Made by a program: the position numbers and the translations under genes | Notes under the pieces: model-generated | The model's database searches: none | What the model was told of the DNA's origin: nothing | The model's input: only the letters and a program-made list of their open reading frames with translations | In this document: positions 1 to 11,684 of the stretch, in pieces | Numbering within the stretch: position 1 is the first letter of the stretch | Layout of the letters: every line of letters starts with the position of its first letter | Assembly (NCBI GenBank): GCA_030704615.1 | Contig: CM060731.1 | Coordinates: 89,032,001-89,096,000, forward strand | Direction: 5' to 3' | Source: Takakia lepidozioides | Lineage: Eukaryota; Plantae; Bryophyta | DNA length: 64,000 nt

Positions 1-956
1 AGTGGAAGGTAGTCCTTCGGAAGGATCCAAGAGCAAAAAGGATTGTGGCGGACATAGATCAATGTGACATTGGAGAAAATACAGATTTCGATGGCCTTCA
101 GGCACCGTCTACCTTATCAGATCAGCCAATACCTAGGTCATTACATGGTGCCACGGCTCTAAATAAAGAAGACTTGGCTATGTTGGCTACCATTCAAGCG
201 GCATTTGTGCAACCAACCGCTATTCCAGTTGAGCAGAGTGATTCAGAGGGTGACGAATATGTTTCAGATTCAGAATAAAGTTTATTGTTGGAACCATTTG
301 TTCAATAGCATCATCCCACAATGGTCTGGCCACTTGTCTGTTTTTCAAAGTCTGTCACAGCTGCACAAACCACTTCAAATTTTTCATGTATCACCCAAAA
401 AGTGGTACCAATCACTGTTGTGTAGGCAACCACTCATTAGCAACCACTAGAATAGTGGTTCCAATTACTGCAGTATCTTTTACCACCCACTCTCCACCAC
501 TGTCAAAGTGGTACAAATCAATGAGGTGTCTTTAACCACTCAAGATCAACGTGCACACTGTCCCCGTCCACATGGAATATTATATTTATTAATTAAAATA
601 GATTTCCAAATCATAAATCACAAATAAAATATGTATTATTACACGTGGAGTAGCAAGTGGTTTCAACCACTTCCCATTACTGAGGTATCTATAACCACTC
701 ACAATGTACCACTGCACTCGTCCACGTGGAATATTATATTAATTAATTAAAATGTATTATCAAATAAATAATAATAAATAAAAACAAATTGTTACACGTG
801 GACTACTGAGTGGTTGAAACCACTTCCAAGTGTGTGATGCCACTGTGGCATTTCATTGGGATTAACCACTGGCAAGTGGTTACTAGTGGTTTATAGAGTG
901 GAAAAAAACAGTAGTGGTTAAAGAGCCAGTGGTTATTCCGCGTTTTTCGTCTAGTG
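1..956 (+). mobile_element. CACTA (En/Spm) transposon, right end
   Basis: Ends ...TTCCGCGTTTTTCGTCTAGTG at 956 (reverse complement CACTAGACGAAAAACGCGG). Dense subterminal ACCACT/AGTGGT repeats at 400-935. TnpD-like C-terminus at 3-278. Confidence 0.85.
3..278 (+). CDS. C-terminus of CACTA TnpD-like transposase (partial, runs in from the window edge)
   Basis: Frame from position 3 reads WKVVLRKDPRAKRIVAD...SDSEGDEYVSDSE*. The WxVVLxKxPR motif plus acidic tail is typical of the TnpD C-terminus, and it lies just inside the TIR. Confidence 0.6.
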   Translation, partial: WKVVLRKDPRAKRIVADIDQCDIGENTDFDGLQAPSTLSDQPIPRSLHGATALNKEDLAMLATIQAAFVQPTAIPVEQSDSEGDEYVSDSE

Positions 957-1306
957 AACTCAGGGTACTGCTGCACCAACTGAGCAACATGGCGTAGGGA
1001 GACGCGTCGTGTAGTCTCGTCCCTCTCCACATAAAGGTAACGCCAAACTCGTACACCTGCCTGTAGCACAGCAGCCAATCCGGTGCTGATCTCGCCAAAC
1101 AAGTCCAAAAGACAAATGCTTTCATCCAGACACTGCCACACGATCGGTGTGGTGTCCAATGGTGACAACTGAGGTGGTCCTGGTGCAATCCCCGCACTGT
1201 CCTCCTCTCCAAACGGTACAAAAGCCTCTACCCAGGCTTGTTGCACACGACAATCAGCAACGCGCTGCAAATCCTTGCTCGAGCCCCACAATGGAGTGTG
1301 AACAAC
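957..1306 (-). pseudogene. Cytosine-C5 DNA methyltransferase-like fragment (motifs I-II), probably retrotransposon-derived, cut by the CACTA end
   Basis: ORF 803-1663(-) contains ICLLDLFGEISTGLAAVLQAGVRVWRYLYVERDETTRR: a motif I-like LDLFG(G)xG SAM-binding loop followed by a motif II-like VE.D. The frame switches into CACTA TIR sequence at YPE|FTRRK. Confidence 0.65.
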
Positions 1307-1309
1307 CAT

Positions 1310-4300
1310 GGCAGGCAACTCCGCCATACCATACATATCATCCTGCTCTCCCGGAGGTGACACATCCTCTGAATGAGCGTTGCCCTCTACTATGTCTATC
1401 TCAAAAACCTCCGTGCCCAAATTCACCAACAAATTTTTTGCTGGAGGACATACCTTATGAAGGTCATTGCTCCATATCTTTGTCATGGAGGGACCTTCTG
1501 CCCGGCCAGAAACAAACCATGTTAGTATATCAACATGATGAAGAAATAACCATAAACGAAAGGGGTAGATGAACTCCTCCAAAATGGAGGTGCTGCAGAG
1601 ACCTGCAGCAAAGCAGATACGACTAATCGACATATAGAGAGAACATGGCGACGACAACAGCATGTCGTAAAAGGAGATAACTGGGAATAGGTGTGTACAA
1701 GAACCACCAAGTACATTGGAAATAGAAAGAGAGGGAAGATATTCATGTCATGTCAAGACATGGACAAGACCCACTAGGGTCATTGTCAATTAAAGACATA
1801 AACAACCCAAAACAGGGCACCATCTAACATTTCCATTCTTGTCATAGCTTCCCATGAATTGACATCACCCAATCAGTCATGATAAAACAGGGTGGGAGGG
1901 CGGGGTTTGTTCATATAGGGGATGCAAGCATCTTGAACACCCGAGATCCGGCCATCTTGGCCAATGAATCATGTGTTCATGTGTGGGACAAGATAAGATG
2001 CCCCTGTGCATGTTGCAAGGCCTCTTGGTTCAGCCTGCACACATATCTTACCAGCAGGTCATGTATTGAAGGGACAAAGATAGTCGTCGGGCATTGGCAT
2101 CATACCTGAAGTCTTCAGGGTTTGAAGTTTTGCGCACATAATGGAAGTGTGTACATTGGCTATTCATAACTCAGGCACAAAACAATCATTTTTATCACAA
2201 ATTGGTGATGATCGGTGTCGATCATGACAGATTCTTCTAGAGTAGAGCTGCAGAGAACATTGAAAATCATCATAAAAGCACAAGTAGAAGGGAGACGACA
2301 TACCAGCTGACCAGGGAAACCCCCTTTCACAAGGTAGAGGCTGTTGAGGTCATGCAAAGGGCAAGTTACCATGGTCCAGCCTGCCCTATTACCATTTCAA
2401 GACACGTTTTCACACATACATCTTGGATATGACCCACAGGTTGCAGCATCTTACCTTTTCAGCCATTAATTATGGCAGGTCATGCATCAGCCAAGGCATA
2501 AGGACCAGCCTGCAATTTGTCAGAATCACAATATGCCACCAAACAGTCCTACTTGGGCATGATGAAATAAATTCCATATCATTTGTATTTACCCCGAGAC
2601 ATGTGATCATACAAGGTGTCAAGGGAATGTGAACTCAGCCTGTCAAATTGCAGGTTCAAGACTTGTACATACAAGCAGCTTGAACAACCGAGATCCAGCC
2701 TCTTTTGCATATAAAAAACCAGATTGCAGGTCATAGGCCTGATGTCATGACAAAGCCAAAACTATAGGTAGGATCCCATTGCAGCTTACCATCCTCATCC
2801 TTCAAGAGTTCCATGCTAAAGCACGCAAAGAACACCTCACTGTGATCCAGTACTCAACAGAAACAGGCCCGAAAAGGAGCAGGTCGGTGCCTTATCAGGC
2901 TGCCGCCATATCCTTCAAGGCCACCATGTCCATAGAGACCCAAAACTGCCAAAAACATACCACCTAAAACCAGATCCTCTTTGGCCAAAAGAACTTACAA
3001 CCTAGCTCAATAATCCACAGGCCCTGCTGTCAAAGATCAAGAGGTAGGGTATGGTTTGTATGCAAGCCTCAGGAGTCAGGCCAGTCAAGCCAAGCTGCGC
3101 ATCGACGGCAAAACGACAAAGGCCAAAAACCAGGCTGTAGCATGCCAAACTAGGAGCAGTCGGGTTGAAATCGGGGCTGTAGGCAGCAGGCACCTCACAA
3201 CGCAAAAACCCACAAGTCTTCTCAGCCCATATCCCAATCTGCATGCTCAAGAAGCTTCAAAGTAGGTGAGGATCCTCACCTGGTCCCATCACAAGCCCCC
3301 ACAAAAACCAACAGGTTAGTGAGGATTGTGGAACCCCAGGTGAATCACAGACCCTCACACTTGTCATCGATGTCAACTAAGAAACTCAAAAGCAAGAGAA
3401 AGAGATAAGAACATGAGAATCCCTAAACTGCAAAGGCACCTTAAGCGATTGGGGAAGAGGGTTATGCGCCATCACCACCCGCAATAAGCCGCCTCCACAA
3501 AGCACATAAGCAATGAAGCAAAGTAGGCACAATCGCAAGGCACTAGAAAGGAGGGAGAGAACTTCCCATCATAAGTATCCTTGCTTAGCACAGAAAAACC
3601 TTTGTAGGGAAGATGCCACTGCTTTCATAGCGGTGTTTCCCGCTGCAAGAGAGACAAGGCGCCGCCTTCGCACCCCCCCAGGCGCTCGTCCAGCATGGGT
3701 ACGACACCACAAACGGGGCAGCCACCGAAGCACGTCCGCCATAACACTCTCCTCGCGAGCTCAGAAGCACATCGCGTGCTTCTGACAACGGGAGAGACGA
3801 CATAGGGTTGTCCCCCGATTGTTCATCCGTGGATGAAAAATAGTAGGACGAATCCTACCCTAACGGATTTCATCCACAACAAGGTTAAAAATAGGTTTTG
3901 GGGTAGGGGTTAGGGTTTCCACCGTAATTAATCATAATTAGGGGTAGTAAAGATCAATTCCAAGCCATAATCACATCATCCATAGACAGATCACTTGTGT
4001 CAGGATGAAAAAGTAGGGAATATCATCCGTGGCAACGCCTTACCTCCATCTTGGTAATTCTATCATTCCTCACCATACCATCCGGTATGGATAAAAAGAG
4101 TCAATAAAAGAGGAATGAAAAATTATCACCCTGGTAGTTTTTCATCCGGTACGGATGGAAAAACAGGATGCTGTTGGCAACCTCCATAGAGGTAATTCTT
4201 TTCTTCCATGGTGACTCATCCGGTATGGATGAGAGTCAATAAAGGAGGAATGAAAAGGCCAAAAGAACCATCCTAGAGGTAATTCAGTGTCCATCCTGGT

Positions 4301-4388
4301 GGCTCATCCGGTATGGATGAAAAAGCCTGATAGAGGATGAGAAAACAAGAAGTCAACACTGATAGCAAACTGCCAATTCCCAGTAGAG
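1310..4388 (-). mobile_element. Probable degenerate CACTA-like DNA transposon with a spliced gene remnant
   Basis: Palindromic subterminal-type repeats at 3822-4320. Possible degenerate terminus ...CCCAGTAGAG at 4388 (TAGTG with one change). Intron-like TACTAAC...CAG signals on the minus strand near 1500-1525. No diagnostic protein motif. Confidence 0.3.
3822..4320. repeat. Cluster of palindromic repeats TCATCC-N3-5-GGATGA
   Basis: Copies at 3822-3837, 4079-4092, 4141-4158, 4215-4233 and 4303-4320, e.g. CTCATCCGGTATGGATGAG. Confidence 0.8.
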
Positions 4389-5114
4389 AGGGAGAGAGAG
4401 GGAGAGAGGGTTGGGACTTACAGCGAGCGAGTGAGAGGGAGGGCAAACATGCATGGGAGGCCCGCATTGGAGCAACCTTCGCATCTGAAGCAAGCAACCC
4501 TAGAAACGCTAGGGTATGTGTGTGAGGAGGTTTCGGCTGGGAGCTCGCCATTCTTGGGAGAGTCAGCTTCGTCTTAGCAGGCCGTGTTTCAATCTCTACC
4601 CGCTCGGCCTTGAATTTGCAGCACGGAGCAGAGCTGGCATGAGTTTCTCAAAGATCCTTCACGATGGTAGGACAACCGCAATCGCAAGGTGTGGCTTCTT
4701 CTTAATGTACGATGTGAAGAAGTTTGTCCATCCAGCAAATGTGGGTTGTTGGCTCCTATTAGTACCATGATTTGGTATTCTTCCTGATGTTTACAAGGTT
4801 TTGGGAGAGTCAGTTTGGTCTTAGCAGGCCGTGTTTCAATCTCTGCCCGCTCAGCTGCACCGTGGTGGTTCTCACTAACCAATCCAACATTACCTGACTA
4901 CAGGCACAAGCAGCACACACACGAGGTCCTCTTGGGTTCATGGTCAGTCAAATCCTCCATGGGTCATGTAAGTTAGCTCGTTGGGTGGATCTATGGTGGT
5001 TTGGAGTGACTTTGATGTTAATCAGGCATTGTATCAGAGAACGGATATCGTCTTCAGGCCGTTGGCATGTCGGACATTTACTATCTCCTTTACCTCTCTA
5101 CATCTGGTTTTGTG

Positions 5115-5202
5115 CAGAGATAGACTCCCCAACTTGAGTTTAAATTTCAGGTCTAGTGTCAAGGGTAGAGGTAGGCCCTTCAGATCATCCTCAAGGTCCT
5201 CT
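5115..5202 (-). mobile_element. Short fragment of the RTE/RTEX-like LINE family
   Basis: Reverse complement resembles LINE sequence at about 20860-20940 (GATGACCTCAAGGGTCTACC...CTAGACTGAAATTTAAACTCA). Confidence 0.7.
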
Positions 5203-5234
5203 ATGTGCCCCTATAATTAGGTACGGGGAGGTGT

Positions 5235-6490
5235 ACTTCAACCTGACCACATCACGTTGGTTTGTGGGGGCAAAGCATGTGCGAGCATGGCAGCGGACTG
5301 GAAAAGGGCAAAGACTTCCATGGTGACATCTTCAAAGCGCGAATTGTACCAGGTATGATTCTGAGCACTGCCCTGGTGGACATGTATGCCAAATGCGAGC
5401 ATGCTACCTCTGAAAAAGGGCGCAAAGTTCCTAGGTGACATCGTCAAGGCTGGAATTGTACTAGATGTCATTATGAGCACTGCAATGCAGCACATGTATG
5501 CCAAATGTGAGCCTGGCAGCCCTAGAACTGGGCAAAGAGGTCCATGGTGACGTTGTCAAAGCTGGAATTGTACCAGATCTGATTCTGAGCACTGCCCTCG
5601 TGGACATGTATGCCAAATGTGAGCCTAACAGCCCTGGAAAAGAGAGCAGAGGCCATGGTGACATCGTCAAATTAGCGAACGTACCATATGTGATTCTGAA
5701 CACAAGTTTAGGCGAGCCTGGCAGCCCTGGAAAAGGGAGTAGAGGTCCATGGTGATATTGTCAAAGCTGGAACTATACACCAAATCTGATTGTGAACACT
5801 GCCTTGGTGACATGTATGCCAAATGTGAGTCTGATAGCTGTGGAATGGACGGACAGGTCCACAGTGATATTGTCAAAGCTGAAATGTACCAGATGTCATT
5901 CTGAACTCTGCTCTGGTGGACATCTATGCCAAATGCGAGCCTGGCAGCCCTGGAAAATGGAGCAGATCCATGGTGTCAATGTCAAAGCTGGAATTGTACC
6001 ACATGTCATTTGAACTATGCCCAGGTGGACATGTATGCCCAATGCGAGCCTGACAGCTCTGGGAAAGGGCACAGAGGTCCATCATAGGTCCTGCATGGGT
6101 AGATGATCAACTGGAAGCTGCAGAAGCAGCGGCACAATTGATAAAATCAGACACTGCTAATCAAGGTACCTTGTTCAACACATTTCACCCTGTTTTTCGG
6201 CCCTAAATTTTCATGTTGAATTCTGCAAGTTAGCTGGTTGAGTGGATCTTGGCCTGGCAGGTCCATGGTGACATGGTGGCCGTGTTTCTGAACCTCTGCA
6301 CAATCAGGTGCGCAATCCTGCTGTTTCTCTGGCCGTGAATGACTACAGAGACATAAAAAGAGAGAGCACAAGATGTCATCCTGAACATTGCTCTGGTGGC
6401 CATGTATGCTAAATGTGGGAGCATTGAGGATGCCAAGGGAGTATGGTTGAACGAGATGTGGTGTCGTGGAATGCGATGCTTGCAGGGTGT
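5235..6490 (+). pseudogene. PLS-class pentatricopeptide repeat (PPR) pseudogene
   Basis: QPDHITLVCGGKACAS (about 5238), SLAALELGKEVHGDVVKAGIVPDLILSTALVDMYAKC (5510-5620), DVILNIALVAMYAKCGSIEDAKGV and VERDVVSWNAMLAG (6372-6487). Frameshifts and insertions throughout. Confidence 0.85.
5281..6083 (+). repeat. Tandem array of ~110-bp PPR-derived units (7 units plus a partial)
   Basis: Units end in ...ACATGTATGCCAAATG(C/T)GAGC at about 5400, 5512, 5624, 5830, 5940 and 6049; one shorter unit ends at about 5717. Confidence 0.9.
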
Positions 6491-7258
6491 GCAGAACAGG
6501 AGCGCGGGATGGGGTTTTGGAGACCTGAAAGCAAATGATGGGGAAAGGGGTGAAGGTACCTTCTTCAACATATTCTCCCTGCTAGTGTTTGCTTTGACAA
6601 TTCTAGGCTGTCATTGTCACCTGCTAGCAGCAAGGCGAGGATGTATGCATGATTTGTGCAGAGGCATGGATAGCTGAAGGAGCAGGGATTTCGTGTGGGT
6701 CCAGATTCATCCAAGAGGGCCAGATTTCAAGCACAAGATTACTTGTGACTCCTTGTGGATCAATAGCTACAAGAAACCTGCATGGGTAGATGGTCAACTG
6801 GCAACAACGGCACAAGTGATAAAATCAGGCACTACTAATGAATGCATCTTCTTCAACACATTTCACCCTGTTTTTCCCTCTTATCAGAATCGGCCCTAAA
6901 TTGCCATGTTCAATTCTGCAAGTTAACTGGTTGAGTGAATCTTGTTTGGAGTGACTTTGACATGATACTGCCAATGTGACAACATGAAAGTATCAAAAAA
7001 CAGGTAACAGAGATGAGGAGAAGCTGTGGAACGAATACTTATATGAGCCTAGTCACTGATGGGTCAACCGGGGCAGAAAGGTGAATGCCTGCTACATTTC
7101 AGAGAGTAGCAGACGCAATTCAGCATAGCGCCTAGTGTGCTACGCTGACTTGGATGTTTCCTATTCCAAATGTAGGCTGTCATTGTCATTTATTAGCAGC
7201 AAGGCAAGGATGAATGCTTGATTTGTGCAGAGGCATGGATAGCTGAAGGAGTAGAGAT
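6090..7258 (+). repeat. Local segmental micro-duplications
   Basis: 6090-6250 matches 6777-6945, and 6605-6690 matches 7173-7258. Also 4554-4608 matches 4801-4855, and 4965-5014 matches 6915-6960. Confidence 0.8.
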
Positions 7259-7784
7259 AGAGTGTGGGTGACGCAGGGTGCTGGGCAGTGGGCAAGACGT
7301 CTTTGTATAAACGTGAGTGACCTTCCTATCCTCCTGGCTCTCATTTTTAGTGCATGTTTCTTTGTGAAGTATCTGACTTCGCCAACACATACCAACTTGT
7401 TTGCTTTGGTTTGTTTAGGAGTCCATGGGATAGAAGTTACCATAAACAACACTGGCATTGGTTTTTCATGTATGGTATTAGATAATTCTCTTAATTGTTT
7501 CCGCCTTGGCAGGTTACTCAGTGACCTTCCCTGGACGCTTTGGAGTATAGTGAGTGAGTGTCTCACAATGCAATGTTGCTTGGTGCATCTTATGCAAGAA
7601 CTTGGAAAACAAACAGATGTCCTTGCTGTAGTGATTCTTAAAGCCATGCAAGCCGTAGTTTTTGATGGGTTGCAGATTGATGGAATACACGAGTAGTTAG
7701 AAGATTTGGGTGAACACTTTTCAAAGTGTTACAGTTAGACAATATAATTCACATGAGAACATGTGACTATTTTATGTATTTTTA

Positions 7785-10700
7785 GATCCACCTCCGCACC
7801 CCGTGGCTTAGGAACTCGTGCTGCTCCTCAAGTCACTGCCGCAGCTGACTCCACTTGCACTAGTGGTAGTCCTGCCCCGCATATAGTGGTAGTGGTAGTG
7901 CCGCCCGACACTAGTGGTAGTGGTGCCCCACCCACAGTGGTAGTGGTAGTGGCACCCCTCACTAGTGGTAGTGCTGCCCCACACATGAATCCCATGCCTC
8001 CCATGTCTCCTCCCTCAGGAGCAGGAGGTGGACCATCCGGCCTTGGAGCCGGTACCACCTGAGCTGTGGCCATGGCAGCGAGCCTCTGCTCTAGCTGCTG
8101 AAGCCGGTTGGCCATGCCTTGGTCAACACCCTAACCTGCGTGTCCTTGGCCATGTTGTGCTTGCCCTTGGCCTGCACCTCGTGCCTGGCCACCTCGTCCT
8201 CTCTGGGGTGCTCCACCTCGCCCTTGGCCACCATTATTCCATTGGAACTGGCTTGGGCGCAACTCAGGATGCAAACCATAGCACTGGGTCTCTCCATGCC
8301 CGTACTTGCCACAATGCCCACACTGCAACTATGCAGGCTGTGTCGGTGCCAAACCATTGCCTCCCTCTGGGCAATCCTTCTTGATATGGGGTCCCCCACA
8401 TGTCCAACACACCACATCCGCCCGTTGTTGGCTAGCAAATGAAGGGAGAGACCCCTGCATCTGAGGTCCTCTCTGCCCTTCCCTGGGCTTCACCTGAGCC
8501 CCCTTGTTGCCTTGAGCACGTTGAGGTAGTGGCTGGCTAGGAGCACCACTACCCCGTGGTGCCTCTTTAGCAAATCCCACCATGACCACTCGTTCCTCCA
8601 CCATGTTGAGCTCTATCCGCTCTCCTAGCAAAAACACATTTGCTAAGGTGGGTTGGGCCGCTTGTAGGAGAGTTGCATCCCGCACCTTTCTCCTCAGCTC
8701 CTTGTCCAATATCTCGTACCAGAACTGGACTGCCTAAGCCTCCGTAACCCCTTGGGTTACATTTATCAAGCGCCTCATGCGAGTGAAAGCCTCCCTCAAG
8801 CTCTCAGTAGGCTTCCTCTGGAACTCTTGCAAGCTCCTCAACTTCTCTGTCCTCACCTCTTGGTAGTTCCTTCTCAACTCTTCGAAGAACTCCACAACAG
8901 GGTTGAAGGCAGGCACTGCCACTGGTGCTGGTGCAGCAGTAGCTTAGGTGGACGTCGTAGTTGCTGTACCACTAATCCCACTGCTGCTCGTGGAAGCTGC
9001 TGTTGCAACTGCAGATGCCAATGTGGCTGTTGCCCTTGTGCTTCTAGTGCCTCTAGTGATGGAGACATAGTCGGGTGACCAGTACATCCTCCACTCCTCG
9101 ATCTCAACATCGTGCCCCCACCTAAACCCATGGTAATCATCCATGGGCGGCCCCTCAAGGTGCTGAAACAACCTCTTCCATGCCATGAAAGACGTAAACA
9201 GTTGTGGATTGCGCATTTGCTGCAAGTCACACCAACTATCAAACTCTCGAATGAAATCATCCAACTCAATGGTGCCCACTACCCCAAAGTACCTTCGTGG
9301 CCCCTTGGTGGCTCCATACATCTCCTCCATTGTGTCCCACAACAATGGCAAGGAGACAATTTGCACCGCCGGTGTGAGTCCTCCTGATTCACAATCCGAA
9401 TCAGAACCTTCCGTAGAAGACACAAGAGGTGAAGGTGGCCTAAACCGCACACCTCGTCTCGTATACCCGCTAGTATTGCTAGTGCTCGTACCGGCATTTT
9501 CCCCAGCAACTAGTGGCACCTCCGTGTTGACAAACTGACACTCAACCGGTCATGAACATGTCCCTAACCCCCTCTCTACAAGGTAACCGGGTAGAGAACC
9601 TGATGCGGCTTATGGTTTGGAATACTAGGTTCTTAACATAGCCTGCACCTACACCTGCATCCACCGCAGACACTCCCATGGTTGGCTGGTCATCAACCCA
9701 GCCTCACCATCAACAACATGCTCTAGGGTTGAATCGGCGATCAAGCCCGAATCAACCACCTATAAAATCAAGCGCCCACACAAAACTAGCGTGGCGCACA
9801 ATCAAACATGCAGATGTGGAGGGGATCCAAACACAAGAATGAAAACAACAACTCCCCCACACCAAAAACAACTCCACAGTGTCGCTCCTGCAACCCAGCC
9901 CAAACCCAGACTGACTCTTGCCTCCACCTACGGAAAGGTCTCGGCCTACAGAGAAGGTGGAAAGCTACGAGGAATGGAAGCTAAAGCAATGCCTATCTCC
10001 AACACGCTCTCATCCCAACACCCTCTTTTTCCTCACTTCTCTCACTTGCATGACCATGAGAGCATCCTGTAGACACTCCTCAAACCGGTCTCCACGAGCT
10101 CATGAAACTTGGCCTCCAAGGCCCCATGCAAGCCTCCACAGGGTCTGACAGTGCCTCCTTATGTCCACCAGCCATTCCTCAGAATGGAACCACCTCAGGA
10201 AACCACGCCATTCACTGAATGTTAAAAAATGGAGCAAATAGAGGTACATATAGGCCCCAACAACATTATGTCCAAAGGAATTACTTGTAGGCTGGTCTCC
10301 CCCATAGTTAAGAATTGGGCTCAAAACCCGAAAAGATTACTTGCAGGGAAGTAATCCCCTTTGTTAAAACGCAACAGGGAGGCAATTCCGACTTTTCTGC
10401 CGGATCAACTAGCTCAAAACCGTTGTTCTACAGAGCCCAGCCTCCCCATCAAGGTCCACGAAACGAGTGAAAAAAGACTCCAACCGCCACGACTCCTCAC
10501 GGCCCGCCCTAGGCACTCGTTGGCCACGGGCTGCCCTGTAGCAGTGTAAGGGCTCTTGGAGTGGCAAGAGCGGGGCTAGAAGGGCGCAACGAGGCGCCCT
10601 AGAGCCAGGGGATATGCATGAGAAGTGCAGGTGCACCAAGTTTGTAAAGGTGTGTATTTTCAGATTCGTTTTTGTGAGCTACATGAAGAAATGGAGCTTG

Positions 10701-11684
10701 TTGGGCAGCATATTGCTTGCTTGTTGAGTTTAGGGTGCTTCTAGTGGGCCATGAGAGCTCAAGAGTGCAGGGCAACGAGGCTGATGGCTCCGCAGAAGCC
10801 ATAGCTCAGCGGCAGCAAGTGCAGGAGCAAACCCCAGCTCGGGGAGAGCTCACAAGAGGGACCTGCCCCCTCTCTTCACTCATACCTCTTCATGAGTTTG
10901 GAGCTGAAGCTCCCAACGGGCTGCGATGCATCCCCTCGCAGCTCCACCATTCGGCTGCTCCTCATCTACCCGCAACAACTAGTTTCGGGCAGAAATACCT
11001 GAAGCTGATCATATCATCTCCGACCTGCAACATGCTAGCTTCCAATGCGCAGCCCACATTTCTACAGCTCCTTAACTCGGCCTGCAGTTGAAGAAGACGA
11101 CCACCTGTTCGCCCACTCGTGGCCAGTATCTCCTCCGCTTCACACTAAAAGCCCAAACTTGGTTGCCATAGCGTTGAGGTATGCAACGCCGCTCTTCAAC
11201 ATAGGCTACCCCCTCTCTATCCATTGCAAACCTGCAACCTGTTCGCCTTTGCACTCTATCCGCTTTGGATAGGCTCATACACGGAGGGCCTGCACTCTAG
11301 GCTGAACCGCTTTTCATGATCTGAAAACACAAATGCTACAACTAACTCGAACCTGACATTCACAGACTCGAGCTGATCTTTCTCGAGTGATAAAGAAAGA
11401 ATGATACAAGCACACAAGCTCTCTCAAACTCACATACTTGCACATGAAAACATCACTCATATATTAAGTCGAGCCAAGTGCACCCCACGCCATGGGGAAT
11501 CCACACTACGGCGCCATAGCTAGACGCGGTGAGGCTCAACTCAAGAAAGATGAGCACACCGCGATCTGCCGTGAAGATAACAACGCCAGATGCCCAAACA
11601 TATATTGGCCCCTGTATTGACATGACTTGGGTCAATCCCAAATGTCAATATATAAAAGCTAGCTATTTCCTAGCTAACTTCACA
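7785..11684 (-). mobile_element. Ty3/gypsy-like LTR retrotransposon, family A copy 1 (5' region plus gag; pol missing; internal inversion)
   Basis: Reverse-complement match to 55396-59439. Begins TGTGAAGTTAGC at 11684. Gag with zinc knuckles. Truncated just after the AAAVT(R)GA linker. Confidence 0.8.
7828..9330 (-). pseudogene. gag pseudogene (family A copy 1)
   Basis: ELDDFIREFDSWCD..., zinc knuckles CWTCGGPHIKKDC and CGHCGKYGHGETQC. Premature stops at 8944, 8734, 8329 and 7828. Confidence 0.85.

Noticed and set aside
803-1663. 286-aa ORF as a real gene
   Set aside because: It is a chance in-frame chimera of intron-like sequence, a TE exon, the DNMT fragment and the CACTA terminus.
3783-3801. 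miR535-like sequence TGACAACGGGAGAGA
   Set aside because: Only a partial match, and no miRNA* arm or hairpin.
5281-6083. CRISPR-like array
   Set aside because: Whole units are homologous with no unique spacers, they translate to PPR motifs, and the context is eukaryotic.
7186-7696. Overlapping 144-153-aa ORFs
   Set aside because: No recognisable motif in any frame; probably decayed TE sequence.
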